DNA from: Candidatus Pacearchaeota archaeon
GTDB taxonomy: Archaea > Nanobdellota > Nanobdellia > Pacearchaeales > GW2011-AR1
Direction of reading: 5' to 3'
Length of the DNA stretch: 64,000 bases
NCBI GenBank assembly: GCA_016866975.1
Contig: VGKP01000001.1
Location: 54,454-118,453, forward strand
Shown here: positions 58,679-64,000 of the stretch, one piece after another
Layout of the letters: every line of letters starts with the position of its first letter
How positions within the stretch are numbered: position 1 is the first letter of the stretch
Notes under the pieces: generated by a model
What the model was told of the DNA's origin: nothing
Database searches by the model: none
Seen by the model: the letters and a program-made list of their open reading frames with translations, nothing else
Translations under genes and position numbers: made by a program

Positions 58679-59959
58679 TTAAAGTGTCTTTGCCTTGACT
58701 TCAATGCAGACGCCTGCAGCTACTGTAGCTCCAGCGTCCCTTATAGCGAAACCCGACATGTGAGGATTGGCTGCCCGTGTCTCTAGAACAAGGTTCCCAA
58801 TAGGCTTAATTCTAACTTTTGCAACATCTCCATTCTTCAAAAAGTCTGGGTTCTTTGCAGTTGTTCCATCAGGCGAAGTCTTTTCAATCAATTCGATGAA
58901 CTGGCATGGAACTTGAGCTGTGTGAACGTGGAATACTGGAGTATATCCTTTAGCGATGACTGTTGGATGAGAAATAACTGCGATCTGAGCCACGAATTCT
59001 TCAGCAATTGTTGCTGGCATTGCTGCATCGCAAATGACATCTCCTCTTGCAATGTCCTTCTTTCCTACGCCTCTGATGTTTATACCTACGTTGTCTCCTG
59101 CTTCTGCTTGTTGGAGTTGTTCGTGATGCATTTCAATTGTTCTGACTTCTCCTGCAATACCTTTCCCAGAACGACCTGGAAGGATAATTACTTTGTGACC
59201 AATCTTCATTATTCCAGTCTCAATCTTTCCAACTGGAACAGTTCCAATTCCTGTTATTTCATATACATCCTGTAGAGGCATACGAAGTGGAAGCCCTGTT
59301 GGCTTTTCAGGTTGTGAAAATAAGTCAAGCTGCTCTATTACTGTTGGTCCCTTGTACCAAGGCATATTTGTTGATTTCTTTGCAACATTGTCTCCCTTGA
59401 ATCCAGAGATAGCCAGGAATGTTATTGTATCTGGTTTGTATCCTGCATGCTTTAAAATGACTGAAACATCTGCCTTTGTCTTATTAAAAGCATCTTCCTT
59501 GAAATCTACAGTATCCATCTTGTTGATGTTAACTGCGATTTGAGTAACTCCCATTGTCCTCAATAGCCAGACATGCTCTTTTGTCTGAGGCTGAACTCCA
59601 TCCTTTGCAGAAATAGTTAAGAATGCGCAGTCTGCTTGTGATGCTCCAGTAATCATGTTCTTGACGAAGTCTTTGTGCCCAGGAGCATCGATTATTGTAA
59701 CTTCATATTTGTTTGTAACCAATTTCTGATAAGAAAGGTCAATTGTTACTCCGCGCTCTCTCTCTTCCTTGAACTTGTCCATGACGAAAGCGAATTCAAA
59801 GCCTGCCTTTCCGTGCTTCTGTGCTTCTGCCTTCAATTTCTCAAGTTCTTCAGGAGAAATCTTACCTGAATCAAACATAAGTCGTCCAATTGTAGTGGAT
59901 TTTCCGTGGTCAACGTGACCTACGAAAACGACATTGAGTGTTGGTTTTTGTTTTGCCAT
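58679..59959 (-). CDS. tuf: Translation elongation factor EF-1alpha
   Basis: [31 protein letters not shown]. Confidence 0.97.
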   Translation of the reverse strand: MAKQKPTLNVVFVGHVDHGKSTTIGRLMFDSGKISPEELEKLKAEAQKHGKAGFEFAFVMDKFKEERERGVTIDLSYQKLVTNKYEVTIIDAPGHKDFVKNMITGASQADCAFLTISAKDGVQPQTKEHVWLLRTMGVTQIAVNINKMDTVDFKEDAFNKTKADVSVILKHAGYKPDTITFLAISGFKGDNVAKKSTNMPWYKGPTVIEQLDLFSQPEKPTGLPLRMPLQDVYEITGIGTVPVGKIETGIMKIGHKVIILPGRSGKGIAGEVRTIEMHHEQLQQAEAGDNVGINIRGVGKKDIARGDVICDAAMPATIAEEFVAQIAVISHPTVIAKGYTPVFHVHTAQVPCQFIELIEKTSPDGTTAKNPDFLKNGDVAKVRIKPIGNLVLETRAANPHMSGFAIRDAGATVAAGVCIEVKAKTL

Positions 59960-60047
59960 GTGAATTTTATGTAATTGTAATTAATTTGGTGGGTATTTAA
60001 ATCTTTCTTTCATCAAGAACATGGTTTTTGTTTTTTTCGAGGGAGAA

Positions 60048-60653
60048 TTACTGAAGAAGTCTTATTATTTCTTCAGGCGATCGAATTATCTGTGTCGCGC
60101 CCGCTTTTACAAGCGATTTTTCTGAGTTGTATCCCCATGACACTGCAAATATCGGTACTCCAACTTTCTTGCATGCCTCGACGTCGCGTACTTCATCGCC
60201 TATATAGACTACATCATTTGGCGAGAGATTGTGGTTTTTCAAAACTCGCTTAAGCACTTTATCTTTTCCAAACAAAGAACTGTCAGATATTATCTTTATC
60301 TCGGGAAAATGGTGCTTTCTCAGCAATGCATCGATTGTCTCAAATGCATTAGAACTAAGTATCATAACTTGATGATCTTTAATAAGTTCCTCGAAAAGTT
60401 CGCGCATGCCTTGGAAAAGCTGCATGTCTTCTTTCAAGGCAGCCACCTCTTTCCTCATGGCTTTGATAAGGCGTAGCTGTTGGAAGGCATTCAATTTCAT
60501 CTCTTTCGTGAGTATATTCTTGAGATCATCATCTCGGTTTATTGTCGGAAAGGAATATTTCAATCTCTGGAACACAGCCCGAGCAGCCTTGTCAACTACA
60601 GGAAGGCTGTCTGCTATGACTCCGTCAAAGTCAAAGATCACCACATTAACCAT
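60048..60653 (-). CDS. HAD-superfamily hydrolase
   Basis: IFDFDGVIADS, LSSN, K, YIGDEVRD; start set at ATG 60653. Confidence 0.88.
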   Translation of the reverse strand: MVNVVIFDFDGVIADSLPVVDKAARAVFQRLKYSFPTINRDDDLKNILTKEMKLNAFQQLRLIKAMRKEVAALKEDMQLFQGMRELFEELIKDHQVMILSSNAFETIDALLRKHHFPEIKIISDSSLFGKDKVLKRVLKNHNLSPNDVVYIGDEVRDVEACKKVGVPIFAVSWGYNSEKSLVKAGATQIIRSPEEIIRLLQ

Positions 60654-60762
60654 CAGAAATGCAAGGAATGATGGTTTAAAATAGTTGACTATTACGTTGA
60701 TTAATGCTGATGTAAGGAACTTGATTCGTAACCTCTTTAAACTACTTCTCCTTTGCAAAGGT

Positions 60763-61536
60763 ATGAGGGGCATAGATATCCTGGGCAACATAGCGATTGT
60801 TAAATTCCCTTGGGATTCAAAAGACAGAGATAAGAAAAGAGAGGCTGATCAGATCCTGAAGACGCATAAGGGCGTGCAAACTGTTGTAGAGAAAGTTGAG
60901 AGGTTCAAGGGGAGATTGAGGACTCAGACTACTAGACATATTATGGGTGTAAAGACAAAAGAGGTCTTGTATAAAGAGAATGGGGGTGTATTTAGATTCA
61001 ATATAGATACATGTTATTTCTCTCCAAGACTATCACAGGAAAGGATTGAAGTTGCGAATATGGTGAAGAAAGGAGAGAATGTGCTTGTGATGTTTGGAGG
61101 AGTGGCCCCATTTGCTATTGTGATTGCGAAGCATAGTAAGGCCAAGAGAGTAGTCTCTGTTGAATTGTCTAGAGAATGCTCCAAATATGCTTTTGAGAAT
61201 GCCAAGAGGAACAAAGTAGATAAGGTTGTTGAGATAGTACAGGGAGATGTAAGGAAAGCAGTTCCAAAATTAAAGGAGAAGTTCGATAGGATAATAATGA
61301 CTAGACCAAACTTAAATGACCCTTTCTTGGATGTTGCATTGAAATCTGTGAAGAGGGGCGGAATAATACAATGGTATGGTTTCTATCCTGAAGAAGAGAT
61401 GAATAATATGAAAGAAATGATAATTAAGGAAATAAAGGAAAGTGAGGTTAAGGCAAGATTAATTGGAATCAAGAAAGCTGGAGACATTGGAGTTAGAAAA
61501 TTCAGGTGGAGAGCTGACATAAAAATAGGAAAATGA
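60763..61536 (+). CDS. Trm5/Tyw2 (Met-10+) tRNA methyltransferase-family protein
   Basis: DILGNIAIV, CYFSPRLSQER, VMFGGVAPF. Confidence 0.85.
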   Translation: MRGIDILGNIAIVKFPWDSKDRDKKREADQILKTHKGVQTVVEKVERFKGRLRTQTTRHIMGVKTKEVLYKENGGVFRFNIDTCYFSPRLSQERIEVANMVKKGENVLVMFGGVAPFAIVIAKHSKAKRVVSVELSRECSKYAFENAKRNKVDKVVEIVQGDVRKAVPKLKEKFDRIIMTRPNLNDPFLDVALKSVKRGGIIQWYGFYPEEEMNNMKEMIIKEIKESEVKARLIGIKKAGDIGVRKFRWRADIKIGK

Positions 61537-61577
61537 GTCTTGAAATTGGCGTTGTATTCGCATTTGTTGCGATTCTA

Positions 61578-62624
61578 TCATAGTTTCCATTGATGAAGAG
61601 ATGTGTTTTTTTGAGATTGAAAATACCTTCTTTTTCCAAGGCCTTGCTTAAGACGATGATATTTCCTGAACTCGCAGAGAGCGCCCTCGATGTTTGTAAG
61701 GGAGAGAAAGGGGATGTTAGATGATGCTTTTTTGAATGAGATGTCTATCCATGGAAGAGGTTCATTTAGATCCTTGTTTATTGTTGGAAGAATCTCTTCC
61801 TGGAGTTTGTGTAGGTGTTTAAGATCAAAAAAACGATGCGCCACTGCGGCTTAAAAGTCGCAGTTTGATGCAGGCGCTCGTTTTTTGGATGCTCAAGGAA
61901 CAACTCCAGCTTAAAAGCTGGAGTTTTAGTCAAGTTCCTTGACATAAATATATTGCTCTTTCTGATTTATGCTTTTACCTGCAAGTATCTCCAGACCCCA
62001 CTTTGCTCCAGGGCCTATGTTTACAAAGTCGTTGTCTGTCCAACCCTGTTTGAAAAATTTTAGGTAAGATAAATCGGTCCAGATTTCGCAGGCAAGGAAA
62101 GGGCCTACCATTGGTATTGACTGGAGAACATGGAGAGATTCTTCAGGAGTTTTTGCAATATCTATCCTACTTATCAATGCTTGCCAATTTGTAACCTGTA
62201 AATTATTTATTATACTCTCATGTTTCTTGGTCCCTTTATCACCTGATGAAATGAGATATGCGTCATTTAATATTATTTTACCTTGTTGCTGCATCTTTGA
62301 AAATGATTCAATCATCCTATTCTTGCAAGATTCATCAATTTTGTCCAATATCTTTATTTTGAGGTCCTCGTAAATCCCTCTCCTGTTGAAAAACCTGAAG
62401 AATACTATGTTAAGAAGCAGCTTTTCTCTATCCCTCTCTTTATCTACTCTATCCATCAAATATATTGTGCAGGCATCCAGTTCCCTATACATATTGATTA
62501 TCTTGAATTTCTGCAAAACCGCGTCTGAAGTCCACGGCTAAGGGAGATTTTGGACAAAACGCTTGTGGTATATTAACTGACGAGAATAGATAAATGAAAA
62601 AAACTCTTTCTCTAGAGGTGTCAT
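61578..62624 (-). pseudogene. DNA base-hypermodification-associated gene (aGPT-Pplase1/5-hmdU DNA kinase helical domain-like), with an in-frame TAG and an element insertion
   Basis: FFSFIYSRQLIY...LP*PWTSDAVLQKFK..N.YRELD...FRFFNR...GPFLACEIWTDL...NDFVNIGPGA...IEGALCEFRKY; TAG at 62538-62540; element at 61824-61943. Confidence 0.65.
61824..61943 (-). mobile_element. 120-bp element, copy 3 (intragenic)
   Basis: TTAT|GTCAAGG...TTTTGAT|; one C>T stem change; removal gives ...EQYIY|LKHLH... Confidence 0.87.
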
Positions 62625-62671
62625 TTATTTTCACCGATAGTGAACTATTTGAATTTTTCGAAAAAATATAG

Positions 62672-63826
62672 TCACTTGCCTAGCAACTTCTTTGCTATAT
62701 CAAGATCTTGATTTCCCAGCTTCAGGAAAAAGGATTTACCTTCGAAACTCTCGGCTGATTGAGATTTCATAGAGTAGATGTTTGCACGATTAACATATGC
62801 GTCTGCATTATGGGGGTCTTTTTGTATGATTTCTGTATATTCTGAAATCGCCTCATCCCAGCGATATGCCATCTCATAAAACCTGGCGCTAGTCATCGAA
62901 GCACCCAATCTCTTCCACGAAAGATAATCTGCAGCTACTGAGAAGACTGGCGCACCTTCAAAGAGATATTGCTCAGGGGTTATCTGAGATTTAAATGACT
63001 TAAGTTCTCCTGGTTTCGGAGCATCAGGAGTATATTTTCTGGCAACTTCAGTATAGACGATATGTGCTGCCTGCTCTACAAGCTGCTCGTGATTGTAGAC
63101 AATAAACTTCCAGTCTTCATCCTTGCTTTCAGGGTAATTTTTCTTCCATTGGTCTTTTAATTCGTTGAGATAATACGATGAAGGCAGAGTAGCCCCTGCA
63201 GTAGTCTCCCAATTGATGATGGTGCCATCGTCGTCATGCCATCTTACAAACATATGGCCTGGAAGATAGACCGCTTTGAGAGGGAACTCCCTGTTCTCTG
63301 CAATACTGAGATAAATGTAACTTCTCAAATCGCAATCAAGTTTATGATTTCTCAATCCAGTATTCAATAGAACGCAGGCCTCTGACTTAAATCCATTTTC
63401 TTCCAGAATCCCATGAATGATCTGCAAAGAATTTGTAGCATCTTGTAGAGTATATTTTTCCTTATAAGGTATCTTTTCTCTGGCCTTGTCCAGAATTTTG
63501 TCTAACGTATGCTTATCCTCTGCAGTTGCACCCACTCCTTGTTCCATCCTTAGCACAGCGTGCCCAATAGTCAGAGGTGGAAGTAAATCGAGAATTCCTG
63601 CCAGACTAAGACTTGTGAAAAATGGCTCATATTCAGGTTTTCCGCTATCTGGCCCGATGGGTGATGAATCAACTAGCTTTGACTGTTCTTGTGGAGAAAC
63701 ACGGGTTAAAATTGTGGAGCGTTTCTGGTAAGGAGGATAGAAATTGCAGCTTGTTGCAATAAATGCGCCTGCTAGCAAAGAGGCAGAGAGCAACTGAGCA
63801 AGAGTCTTTCTCATGATTTTTTTCAC
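62672..63826 (-). CDS. Secreted/lipoprotein transglutaminase-like protein with TPR tail
   Basis: Signal plus IATSC lipobox-like motif; KLDC...LPGHMFVRW...NWETT; C-terminal TPR; GTG start. Confidence 0.72.
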   Translation of the reverse strand: MKKIMRKTLAQLLSASLLAGAFIATSCNFYPPYQKRSTILTRVSPQEQSKLVDSSPIGPDSGKPEYEPFFTSLSLAGILDLLPPLTIGHAVLRMEQGVGATAEDKHTLDKILDKAREKIPYKEKYTLQDATNSLQIIHGILEENGFKSEACVLLNTGLRNHKLDCDLRSYIYLSIAENREFPLKAVYLPGHMFVRWHDDDGTIINWETTAGATLPSSYYLNELKDQWKKNYPESKDEDWKFIVYNHEQLVEQAAHIVYTEVARKYTPDAPKPGELKSFKSQITPEQYLFEGAPVFSVAADYLSWKRLGASMTSARFYEMAYRWDEAISEYTEIIQKDPHNADAYVNRANIYSMKSQSAESFEGKSFFLKLGNQDLDIAKKLLGK

Positions 63827-63874
63827 ATTTTTAAGGTATATAAAGCCTGCTAAAATAGAAGATCAGAAAAATTT

Positions 63875-63992
63875 ATCACAAAAACGATGCGCCACCTCGG
63901 CTTAAAAGCCGAGGTTTGTTGCAGGCGCTCGTTTTTGGAGATGCTCGGGAACCACCACACCTTGAAAGGTGTGGTTTTCATCGGTTCCCGAC
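63875..63992 (-). mobile_element. Divergent 118-bp element, copy 4
   Basis: TTAT|GTCGGGAACC...GTGAT|; same architecture with compensatory stem changes. Confidence 0.8.
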
Positions 63993-64000
63993 ATAAATAT

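Noticed and set aside
33398-62540. Alternative genetic code or stop readthrough
   Set aside because: The interrupting stops are of three different types, and all three serve as normal terminators in core genes.

Overview
This window looks like chromosomal DNA of a DPANN archaeon, most similar in gene content to Pacearchaeota/Woesearchaeota. That assignment is inferred from archaeal ribosomal proteins, RNAP subunits D and F, EF-1alpha, a thermosome, DnaG, TATA/BRE promoters and lineage-typical hypothetical genes. The core genes (r-proteins, RNAP, chaperonins, and fermentative metabolism: prs, zwf, gap, pgk, fba, pfkB, ldh, ppsA) are interspersed with accessory DNA. There are four tRNAs: Gly-GCC, Val-TAC, Val-CAC and Leu-GAG. 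Four signals stand out. (1) A family of ~120-bp non-coding elements (4 near-complete copies plus 1 remnant) made of just two hairpins. They always sit 3' of TTAT, carry guide tetranucleotides that fit the IS200/IS605 (TnpA) pairing rule, show compensatory covariation, and split two genes whose reading frames are restored by precise excision. (2) An 8-kb, five-gene overlapping operon inserted in the glycolytic cluster, encoding a SNF2 helicase fused to a SAM methyltransferase and a divergent alkylpurine-glycosylase (MPG)-like protein lacking its catalytic Glu. (3) An array of tRNA-Gly 3'-end repeats with structured spacers. (4) A groES-X-Y-groEL operon. Several accessory genes are decaying through nonsense codons, a relE remnant and element insertions. 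No CRISPR array, rRNA, integrase or transposase gene was seen. Family assignments come from motif recognition by eye, not from database searches.
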